This document shows positions 44,693 to 54,189 of a stretch of 64,000 nucleotides of DNA, piece after piece (the first letter of the stretch is position 1; each line of letters opens with the position of its first letter). Made by a program: the position numbers and the translations under genes. The DNA is from Rickettsiales bacterium (lineage in GTDB: Bacteria > Pseudomonadota > Alphaproteobacteria > Rickettsiales > UBA998), in the NCBI GenBank assembly GCA_028279475.1, contig JANQNR010000010.1, forward strand, positions 91,692 to 155,691. The letters are read 5' to 3'. The notes below the pieces were generated by a model. That model worked only from the letters and a program-made list of their open reading frames with translations. It had not been told where the DNA came from and did no database searches.

Positions 44693-45569
44693 ACGAATTG
44701 GATCGCGTGCCAGCCCATTGGCGATGCGCCAGGCTGCGTTGTGTCGGGAGGCGCTGCTGCTGCATGTGCCGGAGGGGACGGACATCACCCTACACACATT
44801 CCAGACCTCCGGCGATGCCTATCAGGCGGGCAGCCTGTCGGAGATCGGGAATAAGGGGTTGTTCACCAAGGAAATCGAGCAGGCCTTGCTGCGCCATGAC
44901 ATTGATGTCGCGGTGCACTCCATGAAGGACGTGGCGACGCGCTTGCCGGAAGGGCTGATGATCCCTTCTGTGCTGCCGCGTGACGATGTGCGTGATGTAC
45001 TGCTCTGTGACGTGGCGCAGACGATTGACGGGTTGCCCGAAGGGGCCGTCGTGGGGACGTCGTCGCTGCGCCGGGCGGTGCAGTTGCGTTGGCAGCGGCC
45101 GGATGTGCAAATCGTGCCATATCGAGGAAATATACAGCGCCGGATGCATCGGCTGGAGGCGGGGGACGTCGATGCGACCTTATTGGCCGTGGCCGGGTTG
45201 CAGCGTATGGGAGTAACACCCCCTTATGCCAGTCCATTATCGACGCAATCCATGTTGCCCGCCGTGGCGCAGGGAGCAATTGGTCTGCAATGCCGCGAGG
45301 ACGATGTGCCCGTACGTGTATTACTGGAGGCGGTCAACCATGCGCCCACCCTGCTAGCCGTGGAAACCGAGCGCCATTTTCTTGCCTGTCTGGATGGTAG
45401 TTGTAAAACACCAATTGCCGGGTTAGCGCAACTGGAAGGCGATACGATCACGCTGGAAGGGGTATTGGCTGATCCGGAGGCGGTATGGCTGAAGCGGTCG
45501 CAACTCAGTGCAGCGCTAGAGGAGCACCTAAAGCTGGCGGAAACACTCGCCGATCAACTTCGGGGCTAA
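44673..45569 (+). CDS. hemC: Hydroxymethylbilane synthase (porphobilinogen deaminase)
   Basis: IRIGSRASPLAMRQA, T.GD, GLFTKE.E, D.AVHS.KD, RGN...R and the C-terminal cysteine region LDGSCKTPIAG. The start could be 44673 or 44679. Confidence 0.9.
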   Translation: MKMGNTIRIGSRASPLAMRQAALCREALLLHVPEGTDITLHTFQTSGDAYQAGSLSEIGNKGLFTKEIEQALLRHDIDVAVHSMKDVATRLPEGLMIPSVLPRDDVRDVLLCDVAQTIDGLPEGAVVGTSSLRRAVQLRWQRPDVQIVPYRGNIQRRMHRLEAGDVDATLLAVAGLQRMGVTPPYASPLSTQSMLPAVAQGAIGLQCREDDVPVRVLLEAVNHAPTLLAVETERHFLACLDGSCKTPIAGLAQLEGDTITLEGVLADPEAVWLKRSQLSAALEEHLKLAETLADQLRG

Positions 45570-46078
45570 ACCACTTCCGGTGCATCATAGACCAGGTAGC
45601 CTGCGCTAATATCAATCTCGGGAATGGTGCGTCGGTCGAATACAACCATAAAGGACTTGCCGTCTTTGGGGATGATTTCCAGCAGGTCACCAGCGCCGAA
45701 ATTATGGACGGCGTGGACGATGCCAACCGGTTGACCGTCGGGGGTGCGCACCTCTAGCCCGGCCATATCGCGGGCATAATAAGCATCGGTTTCGTCAATC
45801 TCCGGCAGGGCGCTAGCAGGCGCATACAGAGCAACGCCGCGCAGTTCTTCCGCCTGCTCTCGACTATTGCACCCATCAACCGCGACAATCCATTGCCCCT
45901 TGCTCTGTCCCTTACGCTCTAGCCGGTAGGTCGTCTGACCGGAGGCATCGGTTAAGGGTGCAAACGCAAAGACCGCGTCCGGTGCTTCGGTATGGGTGCG
46001 TAGCTTCACCAGTCCCCGCACCCCATGCGGCGCACTGAAAGTCGCTACTTTGATACGTTCATCCTGATTCTTTATCAT
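45566..46078 (-). CDS. rimM: 16S rRNA processing protein RimM
   Basis: G.PHGVRGLVKL....E.P is followed by a C-terminal PRC-barrel-like region. The start is placed at MIKNQDE. Confidence 0.85.
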   Translation of the reverse strand: MIKNQDERIKVATFSAPHGVRGLVKLRTHTEAPDAVFAFAPLTDASGQTTYRLERKGQSKGQWIVAVDGCNSREQAEELRGVALYAPASALPEIDETDAYYARDMAGLEVRTPDGQPVGIVHAVHNFGAGDLLEIIPKDGKSFMVVFDRRTIPEIDISAGYLVYDAPEVV

Positions 46079-46132
46079 GCGCCATATGTAGCATGGCCGG
46101 TGCCGCATAGTAGACATTTTTGTGATGCTTTC

Positions 46133-46266
46133 GTATATATACTCGTTTTCCTTTAAAATTCCTCATGGAATTTAAAGGAAAAGGTCGAGTATATCCTTTA
46201 AAATATAGCACTTCCTTGTCATACGAACTCCCTAAGTAGGGAATTCGTATGACAAAGTGCTATAGT
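46133..46266. repeat. Composite AT-rich palindromic element, family R copy 2
   Basis: Hairpin A (tatatactcg...cgagtatat, with the same ggt bulge), the linker cctttaaaa and hairpin B (tatagcac...gtgctata) come in the same order as in 9061-9189. The stem interiors differ but remain complementary. Confidence 0.6.
46258..46266 (+). promoter_or_regulatory. Candidate extended -10 element (TGcTATAGT) upstream of prfB
   Basis: tgctatagt ends 20 nt before the prfB ATG and forms the right arm of family R hairpin B. Confidence 0.3.
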
Positions 46267-46286
46267 TGCTAAAAACGGAGAAGAAA

Positions 46287-47391
46287 ATGAAAGCCGAAAT
46301 AGAGCAGTCGATTGCCAAGATTGATGAGTCCATGACCTTACTGCGGAGGTATCTTTGACTGGGATGCGGCAATAGCGCGACTGGCGGAACTCGATACGCA
46401 GGCGGAAGACCCAGAATTGTGGAATGACCAGGCCAAAGCGCAAACCCTCCTGAAAGAACGCACCCAATTGCAGGCGATGATCGATAAGATGCAGGCACTG
46501 CAACAGGGGTTCGAGGATCATCAGGCACTGGCCGAACTGGCCGATGAAGAAGGCGACGAGGAAGCGCTGGTAGAGGCCGAACAGGGGTTGGCTGATATTG
46601 TCCGCTCCTTGAAAACACTGGAGATCGAGAGTCTGCTCTCGGGGGAAGCCGATGCCAATGACTGCTTTTTGGAAATTCACTCCGGCGCGGGTGGCACCGA
46701 AAGTCAAGACTGGGCGGAGATGCTCCAGCGGATGTATCTGCGCTGGGCCGAACGGCGAGGGTTCAAGACCGAGATTATTGATGAACAGCCGGGTGAAGAG
46801 GCAGGCATCAAATCGACCTCGATCCGCATCGCCGGCCATAACGCCTATGGTTGGGCGAAGACGGAAAGCGGAGTGCACCGGCTGGTGCGTATCTCGCCGT
46901 TTGATAGCAATGCCCGCCGTCATACCAGCTTTTCCAGCGTGTGGGTAACGCCGGTGGTCGATGATACGATCGAGGTAGACATTGAAGAAAAGGATTTACG
47001 CATCGATACGTTCCGGGCATCAGGTGCGGGGGGACAGCATGTCAACAAGACCGACAGCGCCATTCGCATCACGCATGAGCCGTCCGGGATTGTCGTGCAA
47101 TGTCAGAATTCCCGCTCTCAGCACAAAAATCGTGCCGAGGCGATGTCGATGCTGAAATCGCGTCTGTATGAGCAGGAATTGCAGCGGCGTGAGGCCGAGG
47201 CGGATTCGGTCAACGCCCAGAAAACCGATAATGCCTGGGGGCACCAGATTCGTTCCTATGTACTGCACCCCTATCAGCTGGTGAAGGATTTACGCACGCA
47301 GGAGGAAACCGGCAATACCCAGGCGGTGCTGGACGGCGACCTGGATGCCTTCATGTCTGCTGCGCTAGCGCAGAAGGTGAGTGGGGAGTGA
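46287..47391 (+). CDS. prfB: Peptide chain release factor 2, expressed via a programmed +1 frameshift: join(46287..46355,46357..47391)
   Basis: ORF0 (MKAEIEQSIAKIDESMTLLRRYL) ends at an in-frame TGA within CTT TGA C. The +1 frame continues DWDAAIARLAELD...ELWNDQ into the 324-aa ORF carrying SPF and GGQ (SGAGGQHVNKTDSA) motifs. Confidence 0.9.
46345..46359 (+). promoter_or_regulatory. RF2 autoregulatory +1 frameshift site
   Basis: An internal SD-like GGAGG lies 3 nt upstream of the slippery CTT TGA C. Confidence 0.85.
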
Positions 47392-47498
47392 TAGCTTTTG
47401 TATGGTAAGTAGATACTGGTAATAAAGCGGCATTTTCTTAGCGCTTCATTAATATATTCGCGTGTAAGCTGTGAAGACAAAACCAATGCACGAATCTT

Positions 47499-47948
47499 AT
47501 GAGCGACGCTACACCCGCCAAACAACAGGAACAACGCCTCACCTTCCGCCTACTCTCCTACTGGCAGCGTATGCGGGGAGAGAAGGCGATGCCATCTTTG
47601 TCGGATTTGAATATCCGCGAGATCGAGGAAATCTGGCACTTTTCCTTCACCATTGATGTCACCGACCCGGACGAGCATGTGTTCCAGTATTTCGGCCCCG
47701 ACCTGGCGTCCATCTTTGGCACGGACTATACGGGTGATACGGTGACGGAAGCGATGAACGACGTCATCCTCAATAATACGATTGGTTCCTACACCAAGGC
47801 GATGGAGAAACGCGAACCGACCATGGAAGCCGCATCGTTTCATTATGACGGCAAAGAGCTGCGTTATCGGACATTGGTTGTACCACTTTCTTCGGATGGT
47901 GAAACTATCGACTATATTATGGGGACGACGAACTACAAGGCCTTCTAA
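47499..47948 (+). CDS. Small stand-alone PAS-like domain protein (149 aa)
   Basis: LLSYWQRMRGEKAMPSLSDLNIREI ... VVPLSSDGETIDYIMG resembles the short single-PAS proteins common in alphaproteobacteria. The call is from pattern memory only. Confidence 0.55.
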   Translation: MSDATPAKQQEQRLTFRLLSYWQRMRGEKAMPSLSDLNIREIEEIWHFSFTIDVTDPDEHVFQYFGPDLASIFGTDYTGDTVTEAMNDVILNNTIGSYTKAMEKREPTMEAASFHYDGKELRYRTLVVPLSSDGETIDYIMGTTNYKAF

Positions 47949-48017
47949 AATCTGCTAGACAAGGCACGGTTTTGGGTCTAGATGCGACGTCACTCTATTG
48001 TATCAGGCAGGTATGAC

Positions 48018-49643
48018 ATGACAAATGACGAATGGTGGCGCGGTGCCGTCATATACCAGATTTATCCCCGTAGCTTTCTGGATACGAATCAGGACGGCGT
48101 GGGTGATTTGTGCGGGATCACCGACCGGCTGGATTACGTCGCCCGGCTGGGCGTCGATGCGGTGTGGATTTCGCCGTTCTTTCCTTCGCCAATGAAAGAT
48201 TTTGGCTATGACGTCAGCGAGTATAAGAATGTTGACCCGATGTTCGGCACGCTGGATGATTTTCAGGGACTAGTCACTCGGGCACATGCGCTGGGGTTAA
48301 AGGTGATCATTGACCTGGTGGTCAGCCATACCTCCGATCAGCATCCGTGGTTCCGGGAAAGCCGTTCCAGCCGCGATAACCCCAAAGCCGACTGGTATGT
48401 CTGGGTTGATCCGCAGCCGGACGGACGCCCGCCGAATAACTGGCTCTCCATTTTCGGTGGTGGCGCGTGGGAATGGGATACGACACGTCGGCAATTCTAC
48501 CTGCATAATTTCCTCACCAGTCAACCGGACTTGAACTACCATAACCCCGAAGTGGTGGAAGCATTGAAAGACGTGGCGGAATTCTGGATGCGTCTGGGGG
48601 TCGATGGATTCCGCATGGATGCGGTCAACTGGTATTTCCATGATCGGGAACTGCGCGATAATCCACCCAATGAAGGAGGATTGCTGCCCTATGCGCCGGA
48701 GTCGAGCAATTACGTGATGCAGGAGCATAAATACAACAAAACCCGCCCGGAAATGCTGGGTTTCCTGGAGGAGATGCGCCAGCTGTTTGACCAGTATGGT
48801 GTGGTGAGCCTGGGCGAGTTAACGGCGAAGAACGCCGTGGAACTGATGCCGACCTATACCGAAAAAGACAAGCGCCTGCATTTTGTCTATACGTTCGGAC
48901 TGCTGACGGAGGAATGCAGCGCTGCACATTTCCGCGACGTGATCGCCGAAGTGGAATCGCATATGGAAAGCGGCTGGGTATGCTGGTCGTTCAGTAATCA
49001 TGACGTGATTCGCGTCGTCTCACGCTGGCGGCATGAAAGCGTCCCGATGGAACGTCAGGCCAAGTTCCTGCTGGCGCTGCTGTTGTCGTTGCGTGGTTCG
49101 GTCTGCCTGTATCAGGGCGAAGAGCTGGGGCTGCCGGAAGTAGAAATCGCCTTTGAGGATTTGCAGGACCCGTTCGGGATTCGCCTGTGGCCGGAATTTA
49201 AAGGGCGAGACGGCTGCCGTACGCCGATGCCGTGGCACATTACCCTGCCCAATGGCGGATTTTCGAACACCAAACCGTGGTTGCCGGTGCCACTGATGCA
49301 TCTGGAGAAATCCGTGGATGTGCAGGAGATGAAAACGGAGTCGGTGTTGCATTTCTCCCGGCATTTCCTGGAATGGCGCAAACAGCAAAAGGCACTGGTG
49401 CAGGGTAGCCTGCAACTGATTGACGTGCCCGAGCCATTGCTGGCGTTTGAACGCTCCGGTGACGGCGAAACGATCCTGGCCATTTTCAACGTGTCGGAAG
49501 AGATTCAGTCGCTGGATTTGAGTGAGTATTACGGGTTCATCAGCCCGACCGACCCGCATGGATTTGAGTACAAGCTGGCGCATAACGTGCTGACCCTGCC
49601 GGGGCATTCGGCGTTTTTTGCGTTTGTGAACCCGTCACAGTAG
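48018..49643 (+). CDS. GH13 alpha-glucosidase / oligo-1,6-glucosidase family protein
   Basis: WWRGAVIYQIYPRSF.D.N.DG.GDL.GI...LDY...LGVDA.WISP, DLV.SHTS, GFRMDAV, GE.. and FSNHD are the GH13 conserved regions. Confidence 0.9.
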   Translation: MTNDEWWRGAVIYQIYPRSFLDTNQDGVGDLCGITDRLDYVARLGVDAVWISPFFPSPMKDFGYDVSEYKNVDPMFGTLDDFQGLVTRAHALGLKVIIDLVVSHTSDQHPWFRESRSSRDNPKADWYVWVDPQPDGRPPNNWLSIFGGGAWEWDTTRRQFYLHNFLTSQPDLNYHNPEVVEALKDVAEFWMRLGVDGFRMDAVNWYFHDRELRDNPPNEGGLLPYAPESSNYVMQEHKYNKTRPEMLGFLEEMRQLFDQYGVVSLGELTAKNAVELMPTYTEKDKRLHFVYTFGLLTEECSAAHFRDVIAEVESHMESGWVCWSFSNHDVIRVVSRWRHESVPMERQAKFLLALLLSLRGSVCLYQGEELGLPEVEIAFEDLQDPFGIRLWPEFKGRDGCRTPMPWHITLPNGGFSNTKPWLPVPLMHLEKSVDVQEMKTESVLHFSRHFLEWRKQQKALVQGSLQLIDVPEPLLAFERSGDGETILAIFNVSEEIQSLDLSEYYGFISPTDPHGFEYKLAHNVLTLPGHSAFFAFVNPSQ

Positions 49644-49707
49644 GCTGGCAGTTAGCAGTTGTCGGTTGGCCGTCAGCAAACTACAAACAGCCAACCGCTA
49701 ACTGGAC

Positions 49708-49742
49708 AAAAAAAAATACACCATGCGAAATGCAGAGGGTGT
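49708..49742 (-). terminator. Rho-independent terminator for the lipoprotein gene (minus strand)
   Basis: On the minus strand the tacacc...ggtgta stem is followed by T9. Confidence 0.6.
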
Positions 49743-49771
49743 AATGAGATCATGTACTATAGTCGTATGTG

Positions 49772-50308
49772 CTATTGTTGTTGGTTTGGACAGGTGGAAA
49801 TAGTGCCAAAGTCTGTAATGGCGACGGACGAACCGGCTCCACCAAGACTTGATAACATTGCCTCAACCTCGGTGATTTTTACACCGGCAATATTGGTTCG
49901 ATTGTCTTGCTTGGTAAGATCACCAAAACAGGTTTTTAGCTTTTTCAGGGCACTGCCAATGATAATCGCCTGGTTAGAACGATTCTCAAAAACAGGACTC
50001 TGCATAGCCACTGATAAAATGTTCCCTTCCTTTTTGAGAAAGTTAACGCGGACAATAACGTTATCCGCCACCGTCTCGGCATCAACCACAGGCTTTTGAA
50101 CCTGCACTTTTGTCTCTCCATTGCTTGTAGGCGCTGGAGAAGATGCAATTTTCGGCGTTGCCACCAATTCCACTTCCTCAGGCCTTGATTCAGCCCTTGT
50201 TATGGGCTGCTCCTCCACGTATTCACGTGATGGAACTGCCTGAGGCTCCACACTTCCGGGTGTGGCGCACCCGGAAGCGGCCAACAACAAAACTAAAAGA
50301 ATTCGCAT
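49772..50308 (-). CDS. Hypothetical lipoprotein (178 aa)
   Basis: The signal peptide and lipobox are MRILLVLLLAASGC. A Pro/Glu-rich linker leads to a ~100-aa globular part. No family recognised. Confidence 0.65.
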   Translation of the reverse strand: MRILLVLLLAASGCATPGSVEPQAVPSREYVEEQPITRAESRPEEVELVATPKIASSPAPTSNGETKVQVQKPVVDAETVADNVIVRVNFLKKEGNILSVAMQSPVFENRSNQAIIIGSALKKLKTCFGDLTKQDNRTNIAGVKITEVEAMLSSLGGAGSSVAITDFGTISTCPNQQQ

Positions 50309-50456
50309 GATCTTTATTACCCTTATACTACTATACGGGTGGTCAATATCATGATCAGCTGCCCTAATGTCACGTGGCGTGACGGCGGAATATTACTGAC
50401 CATGACGGTCATCACTATCGATTTCACAAAGGAAAAAGATAAAAATAACTGCCAAT

Positions 50457-50465
50457 AGTATAGCA
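50457..50465 (-). promoter_or_regulatory. Candidate extended -10 (TGcTATACT on the minus strand) upstream of the lipoprotein gene
   Basis: It lies within the 13-nt string agtatagcagaat, which recurs identically at 50841-50853. It is ~150 nt upstream of the start codon. Confidence 0.3.
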
Positions 50466-50528
50466 GAATCAAGAGGATGGAAGTGTGACAGTTTCGTGGC
50501 GATTGGGTATCAGGCGGCTTACTGCCAT

Positions 50529-50556
50529 AAAAAAGCCCCAGCCGGGTGGCTGGGGT
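50529..50556 (-). terminator. Rho-independent terminator for the small membrane gene (minus strand)
   Basis: On the minus strand the stem ccccagcc-accc-ggctgggg is followed by c and T6. Confidence 0.65.
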
Positions 50557-50564
50557 TAACTCGC

Positions 50565-50720
50565 CTACTCTACCCGTTCGCGACTAGGCTGCGGGGTAGG
50601 AGCGGGCGGATTCTGGCGCAAATCAAACCCGATAAGAATAAGTATTATTGCCAGAAAAACTAATATCGTTAAGCATAACGCTGATATTAGTTTAAAGTAG
50701 AGTATGTCGTTTTCTCGCAT
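50565..50720 (-). CDS. Hypothetical small membrane protein (51 aa; could start upstream at 50786)
   Basis: The product MRENDILYFKLISALCLTILVFLAIILILIGF has one TM helix and a Pro-rich tail. GGAGG lies 13 nt upstream. The gene is bracketed by the promoter-like motif and a terminator. Confidence 0.45.
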   Translation of the reverse strand: MRENDILYFKLISALCLTILVFLAIILILIGFDLRQNPPAPTPQPSRERVE

Positions 50721-50840
50721 ACTCTTTTGAGCACCTCCTTTTGAAGGTAAACAACACGCCATAACACCCTCGGCGATCGTTAGCACCGGGGGCTGCTTGT
50801 CATGACGATCAGGGTTTTAAAAAACCGAACTGATGGTACC

Positions 50841-50849
50841 AGTATAGCA
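50841..50849 (-). promoter_or_regulatory. Candidate extended -10 (TGcTATACT on the minus strand) upstream of the small membrane gene
   Basis: The same 13-nt string as at 50457-50469. Confidence 0.3.
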
Positions 50850-50890
50850 GAATGCAGGGCTTGGCAGTGTGAAGGTTTGATGGCAGTCCG

Positions 50891-53068
50891 CTATATATCC
50901 TGTCCCAGCAACGCGCACGCCGCTTCCACAATCGTTTCCTTGCTGGGCAGGGTCAGGGTGGATGCCTTCCCGATGGGGATAAAGCTGTCTTTGGCGCAAA
51001 GGCGTGCAATCTGAAACGACTGGTGCTGCGCACGTGCCAGCAAGGTCAGCAGCCCTTCACTGATCGATCCGGTCTGACGGCATTCATCGACCATCAGAAT
51101 ATAGCTGAATGTCTCGATCGCATCCAGAATCGCCTGTTCCGGTAGCGGGTGCAACCAGCACAGATCGATCACCGTACAATAGATGTCATGTTCGTCCGCC
51201 AGAAGTTTCATCGCCTGACAGGAGAGATAAGTGCCATTGCCATAGGTGAGAATGCACAGATCATGGCCGGTGCCATAATGCCGAATCTGTTGAAAGGGAA
51301 TGGTGGTTGTGCGGGCGTCCTGATAGCAATCGGACCAGCCCTGATCGCCTTGTTCATGCAGGTCACGGGTGCCGTACAGTGCGATGGGCTCCAGAAAGAT
51401 CACCACACGCTGCTCTTCTTCACAGAGCCGCACACATTCACGCAGCATGGCTACCGCATTGGCACCATTACTGGGACAGGCAACAATAATCCCCGGAATG
51501 TCACGTAATACGGCGATACTGTTGTCGTTATGAAAATGCCCACCAAAGCCCTTCTGGTAGGCAAGCCCGGCAATGCGCACAATCATCGGGTTGGTGAATT
51601 GTCCTTTTGAGAAAAAGCTGAGCGTGGCCGCTTCTCCGCGTAGCTGGTCTTCAGCGTTGTGCAGATAGGCAAGAAATTGTATTTCAACGATCGGCAATAA
51701 TTGGTTATGCGCCATACCGATCGCAAGCCCAAGAATGCTTTGTTCATCCAGCAAGGTATCAATGACGCGATGCTTTCCGAAGCGCTGGAGCAGTTTTTTC
51801 GTGACCCCATAGACGCCGCCCTTTTTGCCAATATCCTCACCAGCCAGCACCATCTGCGGGTGGTCGTGCATGAGTTCATGCAGCGCCATATTCAGCAAGC
51901 GTACCATGGGGAGCGCTTTATCGGCATCGGCCATGGGAGGTAACGTATTGTTGGACGGTCGTGGCGGAACGCTGCGCGCAGGCGGCACAATACTCGCCAT
52001 GACATCGTTGGCGCTGGAAAGCTTGGGGCGTGTGATGGCGCGTGCCGCCTCTTCTTCCACTTCCTTTGCGATCTGTTGATAAAGGGTGATGATGTCCTCT
52101 GACGTGAGGATCCGATGATCCAATAGCAATCGCGCCGAATGGAGCAACGGGTCCTTAGCATTCATCTCAGCGATCTGCGCATCTGACAGGTAGCTGCTTT
52201 GTACGTCTGAGCCGGCATGCCCCATCAGCCGGACACACTCCATATGCAGAAAGACCGGTGCTCGGCGTCCACGGGCATGATCGGCGGTTTTTTTCGCCAT
52301 CTGATAGGTGTCGATCAGGTTGAGGCCATTGCAGCGCAGATAGGTAATACCGGGTTTGGATTGCATGCAGGCGGCCACCCATCCTTCCGGTGTCGGTACG
52401 GAAATGCCGATACCGTTATCTTCACAGATAAAGACGATCGGCACATGCATCCCCTGATATGCCATCCAGGCGGCAGTATTGATGGCTCCCTGCGCGGTAG
52501 AATGATTCAGCGACGCATCGCCAAAACTGCACAGAATCACGCCATCATCACGCAACGCACCCTGATGGCCACCGCTTCTGGCAATGCCGATACTGGCCGC
52601 CGTTCCCACGGCTTTGGGCAGGTGTGAAGCGATAGTACTGGTTTGGGGAGGAATAAAGAGCGATTTACTGCCAAGCACCTTATGGCGTCCGCCGGCAATC
52701 GGGTCGTCAGACGAGGCGGTAAAGCTCAATAATAAATCACGCATCGGATGCTGATTCGGCAGTTGCTTGGCGCGTTGGATGAAAAATGCCGCGTCACGAT
52801 AATGCAGAAAGGCCATATCATCTGGGCGGAACGCGGCAGCAACGGCAGCCATGCCCTCATGGCCGGCGCTGCCGATGGTGTAAAAACTTTCTCCGCGTTG
52901 TTGCAGCCTGCGGGAACAATAATCGAGGTGACGGCTGAGAAGCTGACTTTTAAAGAGCGCTAATAACGGTAGGTCTGGCGGCAATGGTGCCGGGGATACC
53001 TCCGGCAGTGTTCCGGATGCTACGGATGATAGAAAGGCGTCATGCAGAAGATCGGCACCATCTATCAA
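50891..53068 (-). CDS. Fused E1 alpha/beta thiamine-diphosphate-dependent 2-oxoacid dehydrogenase component
   Basis: The N-terminal half is like E1-alpha (GSAGHEGMAA, GDASLNHSTAQGAIN). The C-terminal half is like E1-beta/transketolase (VLAGEDIGKKGGVYGVTKKL...RVIDTLLDEQSILGLAIGMA). Confidence 0.85.
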   Translation of the reverse strand: MIDGADLLHDAFLSSVASGTLPEVSPAPLPPDLPLLALFKSQLLSRHLDYCSRRLQQRGESFYTIGSAGHEGMAAVAAAFRPDDMAFLHYRDAAFFIQRAKQLPNQHPMRDLLLSFTASSDDPIAGGRHKVLGSKSLFIPPQTSTIASHLPKAVGTAASIGIARSGGHQGALRDDGVILCSFGDASLNHSTAQGAINTAAWMAYQGMHVPIVFICEDNGIGISVPTPEGWVAACMQSKPGITYLRCNGLNLIDTYQMAKKTADHARGRRAPVFLHMECVRLMGHAGSDVQSSYLSDAQIAEMNAKDPLLHSARLLLDHRILTSEDIITLYQQIAKEVEEEAARAITRPKLSSANDVMASIVPPARSVPPRPSNNTLPPMADADKALPMVRLLNMALHELMHDHPQMVLAGEDIGKKGGVYGVTKKLLQRFGKHRVIDTLLDEQSILGLAIGMAHNQLLPIVEIQFLAYLHNAEDQLRGEAATLSFFSKGQFTNPMIVRIAGLAYQKGFGGHFHNDNSIAVLRDIPGIIVACPSNGANAVAMLRECVRLCEEEQRVVIFLEPIALYGTRDLHEQGDQGWSDCYQDARTTTIPFQQIRHYGTGHDLCILTYGNGTYLSCQAMKLLADEHDIYCTVIDLCWLHPLPEQAILDAIETFSYILMVDECRQTGSISEGLLTLLARAQHQSFQIARLCAKDSFIPIGKASTLTLPSKETIVEAACALLGQDI

Positions 53069-54189
53069 CGCGCCAACTCCAACACCAATGTCGCCAACTC
53101 ATCCGCTGCCGATGGCGTGCCCAGGGTACGCGCCTCCTGTGCTGCACGCTCCAGCGTGGCTGGCAGGTTCAGGAACGATTCCAGCCGGGCGGCCAACGCT
53201 TCCGGGGTAAAGGCATCTTGTGGCATCAACCAGGCACCGCCCGCATCGTCAAGCGCTCGGGCATTTTCTTCCTGGTGCCCATCAGCAGAACTTGGTAATG
53301 GCACAAGAATTGAAGGACGGCCTGCACAGGTCAGCTCCGCAACTGTAGAGGCACCAGAACGAGCTACAACCAGATGGGCGCCTGCCAATCGTGCCGGAAT
53401 ATCGGGGAAAAATGGCATGAGCTCCGCCTGTACCTGCACGTCCTGATAAGCCTGACGCAGCGATTCCAGCTGTTCAGCACGCACCTGTTGGTCGATGCGC
53501 AGACGTTTGCGCAACGCTTCCGGCAGTAAGGCAACGGCTTTAGGCAGCACCTCGCCAAAAATCAACGCACCTTGTGATCCACCAGTAATGAGGAGTTGCA
53601 TCATCCCGTCAGATTGTAATTGCGGATAGGGTACATTACGCAATGCCTGAATGGCTGAACGCACCGGGTTGCCAACACGTGTCAGCTTCCCGGCATCATC
53701 CGGCGCGACCATGCCGGTAGATTCAAATGAGGAGGCAATGCGGTCAACGCGGGAAGCCAGTACGCGATTCGCTTTGCCTAGCAAGGCATTCTGCTCATGA
53801 ATAAGTGTGGGGAAACGTCCGGCTGCTGTCAGCATGGTTGGAAACGAAGGGTAGCCACCGAATCCGACAACCACATCCGGCTTGACCCTTGCAAGTATCC
53901 GGCGCGCCTGCCACATGGCCAACGCGTTATGGTAAGCACCGGAAAGCTTGCTGCGGAGCGTGGTGCCAAACGTCGCGGCAGAAATGAAATGGATAGGAAT
54001 GCGGGTTAGTGCCGACTCACTGCGTGTGCGGTAATCGTCAAAGCGGCGGTCGGTGACCAGTATCGGGTGATGCCCCTGCTCCAGCAACACTTCTGCCAAC
54101 GCTTCCGCCGGAAAAATATGGCCACCGGTGCCACCGGTTGCCAGGATGATCGTGCGGCTCTGCGTATTGCTCACGAGGTAGCGCTCCAA
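53065..54189 (-). CDS. murG: UDP-N-acetylglucosamine--N-acetylmuramyl-(pentapeptide) pyrophosphoryl-undecaprenol GlcNAc transferase
   Basis: ATGGTGGHIFPA, GGYPS, TGGSQGA, RSGASTVAEL and Q..NA are MurG motifs. Confidence 0.95.
   Translation of the reverse strand: MERYLVSNTQSRTIILATGGTGGHIFPAEALAEVLLEQGHHPILVTDRRFDDYRTRSESALTRIPIHFISAATFGTTLRSKLSGAYHNALAMWQARRILARVKPDVVVGFGGYPSFPTMLTAAGRFPTLIHEQNALLGKANRVLASRVDRIASSFESTGMVAPDDAGKLTRVGNPVRSAIQALRNVPYPQLQSDGMMQLLITGGSQGALIFGEVLPKAVALLPEALRKRLRIDQQVRAEQLESLRQAYQDVQVQAELMPFFPDIPARLAGAHLVVARSGASTVAELTCAGRPSILVPLPSSADGHQEENARALDDAGGAWLMPQDAFTPEALAARLESFLNLPATLERAAQEARTLGTPSAADELATLVLELAR

Noticed and set aside
46219-46923. 234-aa minus-strand ORF (and 46232-46618)
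   Set aside because: It is antisense to prfB and starts inside the family R repeat. The prfB frame, including the frameshift site, explains the region.
49649-49705. Plus-strand terminator for the GH13 gene (hairpin cagttagc..ggttggc / gccaacc gctaactg)
   Set aside because: The hairpin is good, but an A-run rather than a T-run follows it on the plus strand. The adjacent tacacc/ggtgta hairpin with a T-run serves the minus-strand lipoprotein gene instead.
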